Shown here piece after piece: positions 18,048-27,114 of a stretch of DNA of 64,000 nucleotides. The stretch comes from Candidatus Latescibacterota bacterium. Lineage in GTDB: Bacteria; Latescibacterota; UBA2968; GCA-2709665. The stretch covers positions 5,056,001 to 5,120,000 of the forward strand of contig OZ250150.1 of assembly GCA_965237675.1 (NCBI GenBank), written 5' to 3'. Numbering within the stretch: the first letter of the stretch is position 1; each line of letters starts with the position of its first letter. Both the position numbers and the translations under genes were made by a program. Under the pieces are notes generated by a model. It did not search any database. It had not been told where the DNA came from and was given only the letters and a program-made list of their open reading frames with translations.

Positions 18048-20408
18048 ATGCCCTCGTCCGCAACCCAATCGTCCGCCCGTGCGGTTACCGTGATGATTTA
18101 CACACGTTACGAATATCGCAAGGTGTACGCCCGGGTCCACCTGCTCGGCGAAGCCCATCTCGCACATGGCGGCAGAGTTGAACTCGTCCTGTACAGTACG
18201 CGCTCAGGGGAAACCCGGGAACGCAGAGTCATCAAAAACCTAGGCCATGAGGAAGTCGCCTTCGACACCCGAAATATTCCCTCGGGCTGCTGCGACTTCA
18301 AAGCCACGTTTATCGACCGGTTCGGCACCCGGTTCGCCACCCGGACGCTTCAGGACAAATGGCCGGGCGACGTCCCCTGGCTGGGGTCCCGCGCCGGAAT
18401 CTCCCGCCGGGTACCCAAGCCATGGACGCCACTAAACACATCGGAAACGGAAAACGGCCTGCAAATCACCGCATGGGGCAGAACGTATACCTTTTCAACG
18501 ACCGCTTTCGCCTCGGGGGTGAGTTCCGCCGGCAGCCAGCTACTCGCCGGCCCCTTGAGGCCGGTCGCACGAGTAAACGGCGAAAAAACCCGCTGGACCA
18601 GCGGCCATCTCGAACTGATCTCGGCAGAGAGCGACCAGGTGGTCTTCAATGTCCGCTTTGAATCCCCCGCTGGTCTTTCCGTGACTGCCAGAACCGAGAT
18701 CGACTTCGACGGCATGGCGCGAATAGACTGGTCCGTCACGGCCAGCACCATCCTGCGCCTCGACGCGCTTTCGGTTGAAATGCCCGTTCTCAAGAACCAC
18801 GCCAAGTACCTGTACCACTTTCCGGGAAGCTGGGGCGAGGTCAGAAACGTCGGGGCGCTGTCGGAAAGCCATCTCAAGCTGGGGTTTCGCCCGTACATAT
18901 GGCTTGGCGACGAGGATCGCGGCATTTCGTTGTTTACGGAATCGGACGCGGGCTTTCACATCCGCAATCCACGGAAAGTCACCGAAATTGACCGGCGGAA
19001 GAATCGTGTGCGGCTTCGCATCCACTGCGTCTCGACACCAATCAAACTCGTTCCCGGCAGCAACGAGGGCGGGCAATTCACGGGCTTCGGAACCGAAGAC
19101 GTGAAACCGCTCACGCCCGGGGGCGTCGTTACCGATAAACTCCGTTATACCTTCGGGCTGCAGGCCACGCCGGTCAAGCCCATCGTGAACGACGCCTGGG
19201 ATCAGCGTGTTTTCTGTATCGGCCAAACCACAACCGGCTTCAGCCCGCGCCTCAACGTCTCGGACGCTCTGTTGGACAGATGTGTAGAATCGGGCGTCCG
19301 CGCCGTTATCCTTTTCGAACACTGGACGGATGCCGAAGCCTATACCCGGACGCCACATGCCGACGCCGTCAGGAAAATCGTCAAAGCATGCCAGGATCGC
19401 GGCCTCCAGATCCTGCTCTACTTCGGCTTCCTCATCTCGGACATCATCGACGAATGGCAGGCCGTTGGTAAAGACGCACTCATCCTGCCCAAAGGCGGGT
19501 ATCCCGTCTTCCACTACCAGCCGCAGCCCGAACAGTCCGCTTGGCGAGTCTGCCTCAACAGCGCATGGCAGGACCTCCTCATCGACGGTATGGCCAGGGT
19601 GATGGATGAATTCGACATCGACGGCGTCTACCTGGACGGGACTGAATACCCGTTCGGCTGCTGCAATACCGAACACGGCTGCGGGCATGTCAGAACTGAC
19701 GGCAGTATCGCCCAGACCTATCCCATCTTCAGCGCGCGCTCCGCGATGCGGCGCATCTACGAAATCGTAAAGTCCCACAAGAGTGACGGCCACGTCAACG
19801 TACATAACTCCACGTGCATGACCATGCCCTCCCTCGGCTGGGCGACAGGCTACTGGGACGGCGAGCAATTCCAGGGCGTCGGCAGCGGGGTGGACGTTGC
19901 CCGACTGTTACCCCTGGACGCCTTTCGCGCCGAATTCATGGGCCGCCAGTGGGGCGTGCCCGCCGAATTCCTCCACGCCGGCGCCGCGTACACGTATGAA
20001 CAGGCCTGGGCGTTCACGCTGTTGCACGACGTGCCCGTCCGACCGCACAATGCGGACGAAGACCTGGACCTCGCTGCGGAAGTCTGGCGGGCAATGGACG
20101 CATTCGGCCGCAAAAACGCGGAATGGATTCCATATTGGCGGAACCACGACTACATACGCGTTTCTCCCAAAAACGCCCACGCCAGCATCTATCGCCACCC
20201 CGAAAACGGCGTACTTGCGGCTATTTCCAATATGGACAACCAACGCAAGACCGTCACGGTCAGGCTGAACATGAAGGAATTGGGCCTCCGGGTTTCCGCG
20301 AATGCAAAGGATACCCTCAAAAACAAAACCGTCCCCATCAGGGACGGCGTTTTGGAATTTCCTCTTTCCAGCCTGGAGTGGAAACTTATCCAGATCCGCA
20401 ATGCTTGA
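18048..20408 (+). CDS. Putative glycoside hydrolase-like protein (DUF6067-like)
   Basis: PKPWTPL, DFDGM, FGLQATPVKP, DGVYLDG, DGEQF motifs; RBS AGGAG. Confidence 0.65.
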   Translation: MPSSATQSSARAVTVMIYTRYEYRKVYARVHLLGEAHLAHGGRVELVLYSTRSGETRERRVIKNLGHEEVAFDTRNIPSGCCDFKATFIDRFGTRFATRTLQDKWPGDVPWLGSRAGISRRVPKPWTPLNTSETENGLQITAWGRTYTFSTTAFASGVSSAGSQLLAGPLRPVARVNGEKTRWTSGHLELISAESDQVVFNVRFESPAGLSVTARTEIDFDGMARIDWSVTASTILRLDALSVEMPVLKNHAKYLYHFPGSWGEVRNVGALSESHLKLGFRPYIWLGDEDRGISLFTESDAGFHIRNPRKVTEIDRRKNRVRLRIHCVSTPIKLVPGSNEGGQFTGFGTEDVKPLTPGGVVTDKLRYTFGLQATPVKPIVNDAWDQRVFCIGQTTTGFSPRLNVSDALLDRCVESGVRAVILFEHWTDAEAYTRTPHADAVRKIVKACQDRGLQILLYFGFLISDIIDEWQAVGKDALILPKGGYPVFHYQPQPEQSAWRVCLNSAWQDLLIDGMARVMDEFDIDGVYLDGTEYPFGCCNTEHGCGHVRTDGSIAQTYPIFSARSAMRRIYEIVKSHKSDGHVNVHNSTCMTMPSLGWATGYWDGEQFQGVGSGVDVARLLPLDAFRAEFMGRQWGVPAEFLHAGAAYTYEQAWAFTLLHDVPVRPHNADEDLDLAAEVWRAMDAFGRKNAEWIPYWRNHDYIRVSPKNAHASIYRHPENGVLAAISNMDNQRKTVTVRLNMKELGLRVSANAKDTLKNKTVPIRDGVLEFPLSSLEWKLIQIRNA

Positions 20409-20416
20409 ACTGCTTC

Positions 20417-21397
20417 TCAGGTTTCATTGACCGCCTGCAACAATGCGTGGATGTACCCGTAAGTATAGGAGAAAGCGACCTGAGCAGGTTCCTCGCCCGA
20501 AATTCCGGGGACGTGATCGGGCATGATCATATATTCGTAACCCACCTCTTCGAACGTCCGCAGCGCTCTCAGCATGTCCACATCCCCTTCGTCGGGAAAC
20601 ACCTCCACGAAGTCCCTGAACCCACCCCTGATATTTCGAAAATGCAAGTTGAAGATTTTCTTGCGCCGACCGAACCAGCGGATAATTTCGTAGATGTCCT
20701 CGCCCGGATTCTCAAGGCTTTCGGATATCGTGCCCAAACAGAAATTGAGCCCGTTGTACGGACTATCGTATAACTCGACCAGTTTCTTGAGCCCATCCAC
20801 CATTCCCATCACACGGGCTACACCCCTGTAAGTGGCATCCCCAATGCCCGGATCCGACGGATGACAGGCCATCTGAATACGGTACTCTTCGGCCACCGGC
20901 ATAACGCGTCCGAGCCAGTAGTCGATGCGTTCCCACATGATATCGGCATCGGCCGCCCCCCCTTCAAACTCTCCGAGCGACTGATCCAGTTTGGCGTATT
21001 CGAAAGAGGACAACCGCGCCCCCCCGCGCCCGTATCGGGATTCGGTCCGGAGGTGGCCCAGAATGGTAATATTGTAATTGAGACCGCGAAGTCCCGCCTT
21101 GGACGCCATCCGGACGATATCGCACAGCCGGTCGATCTGCCGGTCCCGTTCCTCGCTCGGCCCCAGAAACACGGCGCCCGCCGGGTTCCCAAAGGCAGAG
21201 CCTGACCCAAGTGGAATGTGAATCATCTCGAGATTGATGCCGTACCTGTCGAATCGTTCGCGCATTCGGATCAGCATTTCCGCCGTCCATTCGGTCCACG
21301 GCGCCGCTGGCGTCTGGTCCACGTTGTACACGCCCAACTGCGAAAGGACGTTTATATGGGTATCATCGCGACATCCGACCTGGGTTCCTATGTACAT
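20417..21397 (-). CDS. uxuA: Mannonate dehydratase family
   Basis: MACHPSDP, NGLNFCLGT, HFRNI, FPDEGDVDM, PDHVP. Confidence 0.82.
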   Translation of the reverse strand: MYIGTQVGCRDDTHINVLSQLGVYNVDQTPAAPWTEWTAEMLIRMRERFDRYGINLEMIHIPLGSGSAFGNPAGAVFLGPSEERDRQIDRLCDIVRMASKAGLRGLNYNITILGHLRTESRYGRGGARLSSFEYAKLDQSLGEFEGGAADADIMWERIDYWLGRVMPVAEEYRIQMACHPSDPGIGDATYRGVARVMGMVDGLKKLVELYDSPYNGLNFCLGTISESLENPGEDIYEIIRWFGRRKKIFNLHFRNIRGGFRDFVEVFPDEGDVDMLRALRTFEEVGYEYMIMPDHVPGISGEEPAQVAFSYTYGYIHALLQAVNET

Positions 21398-21571
21398 GAT
21401 ACGTCCTTTCGGTTGATTTCAATTCACGGAAAAGGAACGACGACCTGAAAAGAAAGCGCCTGTTCTGTCCGTTTCGCCGTTTACCGTCGGCGGACCAATT
21501 AACCCGGAATTCGGCGGACGGGCAATGCAACCGGGAGATCGTCGACAATCGGTGCCGTTGTTTCGTTGGGT

Positions 21572-22450
21572 TTACAGCTTACCGATTGTGGGACGGGAGG
21601 GCAGCGCCATCGAAAACTGGGCTACGCTTTCCCATGGCGGTTTGAGTGCATGTCGAGAGGCCACCGGCTCCGGCTGACGGTAGCGTACATGCACCGTGTG
21701 CCTTGGACGCCGGGTGTGTCTGACGGATCCACAGTGATAGCTGCAATTGTTAAACACGACAGCCGTTCCCGCCCGCCCGTATATATCTACCCGACCCGTG
21801 CGGCGAGTCAGTTCACGTCCGAAGGCGTCCACCCATGTCGGACGCCCCGGATCCACGTAGCTGACTTCGGCGTCGTCGATGCGCAGCCGGTCGACTGCAC
21901 CCCAACCGCTGCTACCGGTGCGCGTTGTGGGCAGATTTCTTTTGGTCTCGACGCTCTCCGGAATGACGCTAAAGCAGTGAGATTGGGCGTCAACGTCATC
22001 CAGATAGTAGATCACCTGAAGTGCCGGCACAAATAAGTCGTTCCGGTCCGCGCCTTCCACGTTTCCACTGTCTTCCCGGTGCCACACGCGCGTGAGACAC
22101 AGCGGATCGTCACCGTCCTGATCTTCGGGGGGCCGGACGTCACAGGGCTCGCGCCTGAGAAACGTCAGACCGGACATTTGCGCGCCCGGGCCGAGAATAC
22201 ATCGGGCGATGGGTGCGATTGAGGGATGGCAGGCCAGTCCGTCCAGAGCCTCGGTCCGGTGGAGGAGCTCGGGCGCATCGCAGCCCACGGATAGATGACC
22301 AGACGCGGTCGGAGCGGGCACCCAATATTGCGGGTGCGCGGCCCGATCTGCGGCGATTCCGTCGTTGACTTCGGCAACCTCTTCATCCGTCAGCGCGTCG
22401 CGCACGACAATGTAACCGTTCTTCACGAAGAACCTGATCATTTCTTCCAT
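21572..22450 (-). CDS. Phytanoyl-CoA dioxygenase (PhyH) family Fe(II)/2OG enzyme
   Basis: FFVKNGYIVVRDAL, WHRE, YYLDD, VIPES, AGTAVVFN..YH. Confidence 0.82.
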   Translation of the reverse strand: MEEMIRFFVKNGYIVVRDALTDEEVAEVNDGIAADRAAHPQYWVPAPTASGHLSVGCDAPELLHRTEALDGLACHPSIAPIARCILGPGAQMSGLTFLRREPCDVRPPEDQDGDDPLCLTRVWHREDSGNVEGADRNDLFVPALQVIYYLDDVDAQSHCFSVIPESVETKRNLPTTRTGSSGWGAVDRLRIDDAEVSYVDPGRPTWVDAFGRELTRRTGRVDIYGRAGTAVVFNNCSYHCGSVRHTRRPRHTVHVRYRQPEPVASRHALKPPWESVAQFSMALPSRPTIGKL

Positions 22451-22832
22451 GGGCGTTCTTCCTTTCTGTTATCTGTTCGTCCGCGCGAATCATCAGAACT
22501 CGCCCCCGCGCGTCTGATTCGATCATACCGCCGAATCGAGGACGCGCGAATCCGGTTATGGCTGGTTGTCGCCCCGGACATCGACGGCTTCGGTCCGCAT
22601 TTCCTCAAGCAATGAATAGATAGTAATGAAAGGCCATAAGTCAAGGCAAAAACTGCCGTAACCCTTGCTGTGCGCAAGGGGGTTGCAGGACGCGAAGACG
22701 ATGGATATATTATACGAGATTTCACCGGCTACGAAGCCGAATTTTCAATCGCACAGACCCGCGGAACAAAAAACAGCGAATTGCGCCGGCACGCCAAGCT
22801 CCGATCGCCGGGCCCGTGAAGGGGGACCCCCG

Positions 22833-24395
22833 ATGTCCAAACTCCGGAACGTTAACACAACCGATATCGCGGACGCCATCCGTCTGGGCTGCCGCACCAT
22901 GTGCAACGTGTTCAACGCCGACGACAACAACGTCCCGTTCTTCAGTTCAAGGGTGCTCCCGGAAGCCCGGCTAAGCTTCAGTTCCGTGCATTCCGAATCC
23001 CATGTTTCGGGGCGCCACCTGAACGCCCTGCTCAACGCCGAAGACACCATCGGCATCGAACTGGATGAACGCTGCGTTGATAACCATGCCAACGCAGCGT
23101 TTCTCGCGTACAGCGGCCCGGTTGCCTTGCCGATCAACCGGGACTCCGTTGACGGACCGCCTGTTAATTTCACACCGCACAACTGCCGGGAAGGATTTCA
23201 CGCGCTGTACCCGCTGGTCCGTTTCCGGCATTCCGAACGCGCCCGGGAGATCGCCAGAGCCAGTATCCGGTCGATTCCGAAGTACTGGAGTCGAAAAACC
23301 GGTTGGGATTACAACTACCTGGAGGGGGAACTCGGACTCCGGGTTCGTCGCTGCACCTTTATTGTGGGGCTCGGTCGATCCATCGGCCCGCTGGTCAAGT
23401 ACTATAAGGCAACGGGATACGGCCCCGCACTCGACCTGGCCATCGTTCTCAAGGACAAGGCGCTGGAGTTTTTCAACGACAGCGGTGACTATAACCGCGA
23501 GACCTTCGGGTCGCATACGCACTCCACCACATGCGTGATGTCGTCACTCGCCCAGTTCGCCGAACTGACGTCCGACGCCGACGTGATGCGCCGCGTGAAA
23601 GCCTTCTACGACAACGGCCTCCGCGAATTCAGCGATCCGCTTGGTTGGGTCATCGAAAACAGCGGAGACGATGCGCCTGCCGACCGGGGAGAAATCAACA
23701 ACTCCGGTGACATTCTCGAGACCGCCCTGATCCTCGGCCGCTGGGGATATCCCGAATATTACGGCGACGCCGAACGCATCCTGCGGTGCCATATCCTGCC
23801 GTCCCAGCTGCGCGACACATCCTTTATCAATGATCCACCCAACCCTGAGCGCGATGACGGCAAACGGGCCGTCGCCGACCGCCACCTCGGGGCCTTCGGC
23901 TTCCCCGCACCCTACGGCCACCACGCGATCGACACCGACTCCATCAGCTTCAACATGGACATTGTGGGCGGGGGGGTGGCCTCGCTGTGCGAGGCGTACC
24001 GGGAAATCGCCCGTACCGACGACGCGGGCCACCGGGTCAACCTGCTCTTCGACCACGAAACGCCAGCCCTGAGGATCGAATCACCCTACACTCATCCGGC
24101 GCTGAGCGTCCGCGTAAAACGCGCGGGGCCGCTGTTCGTGCGTGTCCCTGACTGGGTGGAAGCGTCACAAATCCGCACCCGCGGCGCGTGCGAAAAGCCG
24201 CGCCACACTAACGGCTATCTCTTCGTCGCCCGGCCCCCGCTCAACCGCCCGATCACATTCGAGTTCCCACTCGCCGAACGGGAAATCGTCCTGGACCACC
24301 GTACCCGTCAGATCCGCACACGACTGCGGGGAGACGAAGGTTTGGCTATGGACAACTTTGGCGCGGATCTGACGTTCTTCGATCCGTACGAGTAA
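22833..24395 (+). CDS. Hypothetical protein, possible (alpha/alpha)6-barrel glycosidase-like
   Basis: 520-aa ORF with typical codon usage; C-terminal LFVRVPDW beta-sandwich motif as in GH127/GH146-like proteins. Confidence 0.55.
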   Translation: MSKLRNVNTTDIADAIRLGCRTMCNVFNADDNNVPFFSSRVLPEARLSFSSVHSESHVSGRHLNALLNAEDTIGIELDERCVDNHANAAFLAYSGPVALPINRDSVDGPPVNFTPHNCREGFHALYPLVRFRHSERAREIARASIRSIPKYWSRKTGWDYNYLEGELGLRVRRCTFIVGLGRSIGPLVKYYKATGYGPALDLAIVLKDKALEFFNDSGDYNRETFGSHTHSTTCVMSSLAQFAELTSDADVMRRVKAFYDNGLREFSDPLGWVIENSGDDAPADRGEINNSGDILETALILGRWGYPEYYGDAERILRCHILPSQLRDTSFINDPPNPERDDGKRAVADRHLGAFGFPAPYGHHAIDTDSISFNMDIVGGGVASLCEAYREIARTDDAGHRVNLLFDHETPALRIESPYTHPALSVRVKRAGPLFVRVPDWVEASQIRTRGACEKPRHTNGYLFVARPPLNRPITFEFPLAEREIVLDHRTRQIRTRLRGDEGLAMDNFGADLTFFDPYE

Positions 24396-24484
24396 CCCCA
24401 CCGCGCCATCGACGGAAAGCCGTCTCTGTGAAAGCGCCGTCCTGGAAAGCAGGGACAGATTCGAGCCATGGAAAGGAGCACGGT

Positions 24485-25579
24485 TTGAAGATTACCCGCA
24501 TAGAGGCCACCCCGATCCGCGTACCTCGCCCGCAAACCTTTACCAGCAGTCTTGGGCGCAGCCAGGAAACGGAAAACGCGATTGTTGAAATCCAGACCGA
24601 TGAGGGCATTACCGGGATTGGCGAAATCTGTAGCATCTGGGACCGCAAGGGCCGGGGTCAGGCCGAAGATATCAACGATCTGCTTGCAGAGGCCCTTTCG
24701 GGCCGAGATCCTTTCCGTATCGCAGAAATTCACGCCCTGATGAACCGCCTGCTCCACCGCTCCGAACCGGCGAAAGCCGGCGTGGATATGGCCCTTTACG
24801 ATATCGTTGGCAAAGCACTTGACACGCCGGTTTACAACCTGCTGGGCGGGCTGGTCCGGGACCGCGTTCTGCTCAGCCATTCGCTTTCCATGGGCGAACC
24901 GGATCAGGTCGCCGAACAGGCCGCCTCTCTCGCGACCCAGGGATACAAGACGCTCAAGGCAAAAATCGGCATGGATCCGGAAGCCGATCTTGCCACCGTA
25001 AAGGCCATCCGTGAACGTCTGGGAAACGATGTCGTGCTGCGTGTGGACGCCAACATGGGCTGGCGCAACGCCAAAGAGGCCGTGCGCAACATCAAATCCC
25101 TGGAACCCTACCGGCTCGAACTGGTGGAACAACCGCTTCACTTCAGCGATCTCGAGGGTCTGCGGCACATCCGGGATCACGTAGACACACCCATTATGGC
25201 CGACGAGAGTGTCTGGACGCCCACCGACGCCATGGCCTGCATCAGAGCCGGCGCCGTGGACGTCTTCAACGTCTATGTGGCCGAAGCGGGTGGAATCTAC
25301 CCTGCAGCACAGATCTTCGCTATCGCCGAAGCCGCACGCCTGCCCTGCATCATCGGCAGCATGCCGGAACTCGGCGTTGGTACGTCTGCGCAGGCCCACC
25401 TGGCTTTCGCCATGCAAAACCTGGGCTATGCCAGCGACGTAAACGGCTTTGTCTATCACGCGGATGACGTCATCGTCGAGACCCTGAATATAGAGGACGG
25501 TCATCTTCTCCCGCCACCCGGACCGGGGCTGGGCGTGAGCCTGAACCGAGACAAAATTGACAGGTATCGAATCACGTGA
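24485..25579 (+). CDS. Enolase superfamily (muconate lactonizing enzyme/dipeptide epimerase subgroup)
   Basis: GITGIGE, DMALYD, KAKIG, DAN, EQP, DES, GPGLG; TTG start after AAGGAG. Confidence 0.9.
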   Translation: MKITRIEATPIRVPRPQTFTSSLGRSQETENAIVEIQTDEGITGIGEICSIWDRKGRGQAEDINDLLAEALSGRDPFRIAEIHALMNRLLHRSEPAKAGVDMALYDIVGKALDTPVYNLLGGLVRDRVLLSHSLSMGEPDQVAEQAASLATQGYKTLKAKIGMDPEADLATVKAIRERLGNDVVLRVDANMGWRNAKEAVRNIKSLEPYRLELVEQPLHFSDLEGLRHIRDHVDTPIMADESVWTPTDAMACIRAGAVDVFNVYVAEAGGIYPAAQIFAIAEAARLPCIIGSMPELGVGTSAQAHLAFAMQNLGYASDVNGFVYHADDVIVETLNIEDGHLLPPPGPGLGVSLNRDKIDRYRIT

Positions 25580-25628
25580 ACCCGCCCCCCGAACTCCGCA
25601 TTTCTCCTATTGACCACAGGAGCGCGCC

Positions 25629-26963
25629 ATGACCACCGCCAGAGCCGGTTGGGCGGAAGTTGAAACCACGCCGCCACTCGGATTGCCCATGGGAGGGCGC
25701 GGCCCCCGCTTCACACCTGGTGGAAACATCATCGATCCGCTTTGCGCGCAGGCAACGGCACTGGAAGATCCCGAGGGCAAGCGGACACTCTGGATTTCCA
25801 TCGACCTCATTGGGCTCTCGCCGACTATCGCAGAACCTCTCCGGTACGACCTCTCCGCACTCACCGGTATTCCTATCGAAGCCGTTATCCTCAATTTCTC
25901 GCACACCCACAGCGGCCCCATGGGCGGCTTTGAAGGTTATGCGACGCCTGTATCCAAACCGCGCGAACTCCAGACGTATGACGAGATCCTGTGCCAAAAC
26001 ATCGTCCGCGTTGCGCTCGAAGCCGTGGAAAACCTTCAACCGGTTACGGTAACCGAATACCGCGGCGGATCGGTGGTTGGCATCAACCGCCGCAGGAAAG
26101 ACCCATCCGGAGAGATCGCAATGGGTCCCAATCCTGATGGCGCACACAACCCGGATCTGTGGGTACTCGAGGTTTCCGCGACGGAGAGTGACGAGCGGTG
26201 CGTCGTCTTCAGCTACGGATGCCACCCCGTCATCGTCTACGGCTATGCCTGGGACGGCATCTCCGCCGACTATCCCGGCGTTTGCCGCAAAACCCTGCGG
26301 TCGATACTCGGCGCCAACACCCATTGCCAGTTCATCCAGGGTCTTGCGGGCAACATCCGACCCCGCGTTCTGGCCGACCTGGATCGGGCGAGGTTTCGCA
26401 AATCCACGCCCGGCGACACACTGGCCGCCGGAACGGAACTCGCAAGCGATATTGTCGGTGCACTCCGCAACAAAGGCACGAGGTTGGACCTCGACATAGC
26501 GGCAGTTCAGGGACGTTTCCTCGCCCCGAGAGACCAGAGGAGAATACCGCCTGTGGACCACTGGCGGTCGCTGATAAACTCGGAAGACGAACTCAACCGC
26601 AATCTGGGCGGCTACTGGGTCGAGCGGCTCGAGAGCGGTATTCCACCGGTCAAAGCAGTGCCCTGGCCCGTTGGCCTGATACGTCTTTCAGCCGGTCACA
26701 TGATCGCCTGGATCGCAGGCGAAGTTCTCGCCGAATGGCTTGATCTCGTGAGAGCTTGGATTAACGACCCGAACCTGATCGCCTGGGGCTACTGCCAGGA
26801 AGGACGCGGTTACCTTCCCACCGACGAACTTCTGCCGGAAGGGGGTTATGAAGTTGACCGCGCCAACACCTACACCACCACCGGCCCGGGTCCCTTCGCG
26901 GAAGGACTCAATGCATCGGCCCGACAGACCTTTCTGTCGCTCGTCCGCCAACTCGAGGTCTGA
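25629..26963 (+). CDS. Neutral/alkaline ceramidase N-terminal-domain family hydrolase
   Basis: SHTHSGP, INRR, YGCHP, SADYPG, GYLPT..GGYE. Confidence 0.82.
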   Translation: MTTARAGWAEVETTPPLGLPMGGRGPRFTPGGNIIDPLCAQATALEDPEGKRTLWISIDLIGLSPTIAEPLRYDLSALTGIPIEAVILNFSHTHSGPMGGFEGYATPVSKPRELQTYDEILCQNIVRVALEAVENLQPVTVTEYRGGSVVGINRRRKDPSGEIAMGPNPDGAHNPDLWVLEVSATESDERCVVFSYGCHPVIVYGYAWDGISADYPGVCRKTLRSILGANTHCQFIQGLAGNIRPRVLADLDRARFRKSTPGDTLAAGTELASDIVGALRNKGTRLDLDIAAVQGRFLAPRDQRRIPPVDHWRSLINSEDELNRNLGGYWVERLESGIPPVKAVPWPVGLIRLSAGHMIAWIAGEVLAEWLDLVRAWINDPNLIAWGYCQEGRGYLPTDELLPEGGYEVDRANTYTTTGPGPFAEGLNASARQTFLSLVRQLEV

Positions 26964-27032
26964 CTTCCGCCCGTCCTGAGCTCCAAAGAGCACAACGCGG
27001 CACTCGGGCTTACTCCGACCGTTTTCGCGCAT

Positions 27033-27058
27033 GGTCCGGGCAGGCCCGGCCCTTTTTT
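27033..27058 (+). terminator. Probable intrinsic terminator
   Basis: CCGGG-CAGG-CCCGG hairpin followed by a T-tract, downstream of 22833-26963. Confidence 0.55.
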
Positions 27059-27114
27059 AATAACCGTTTCCGTTTGACCGAAGAACCGTTGATATTCGAA
27101 TCGGTGTTTATATA

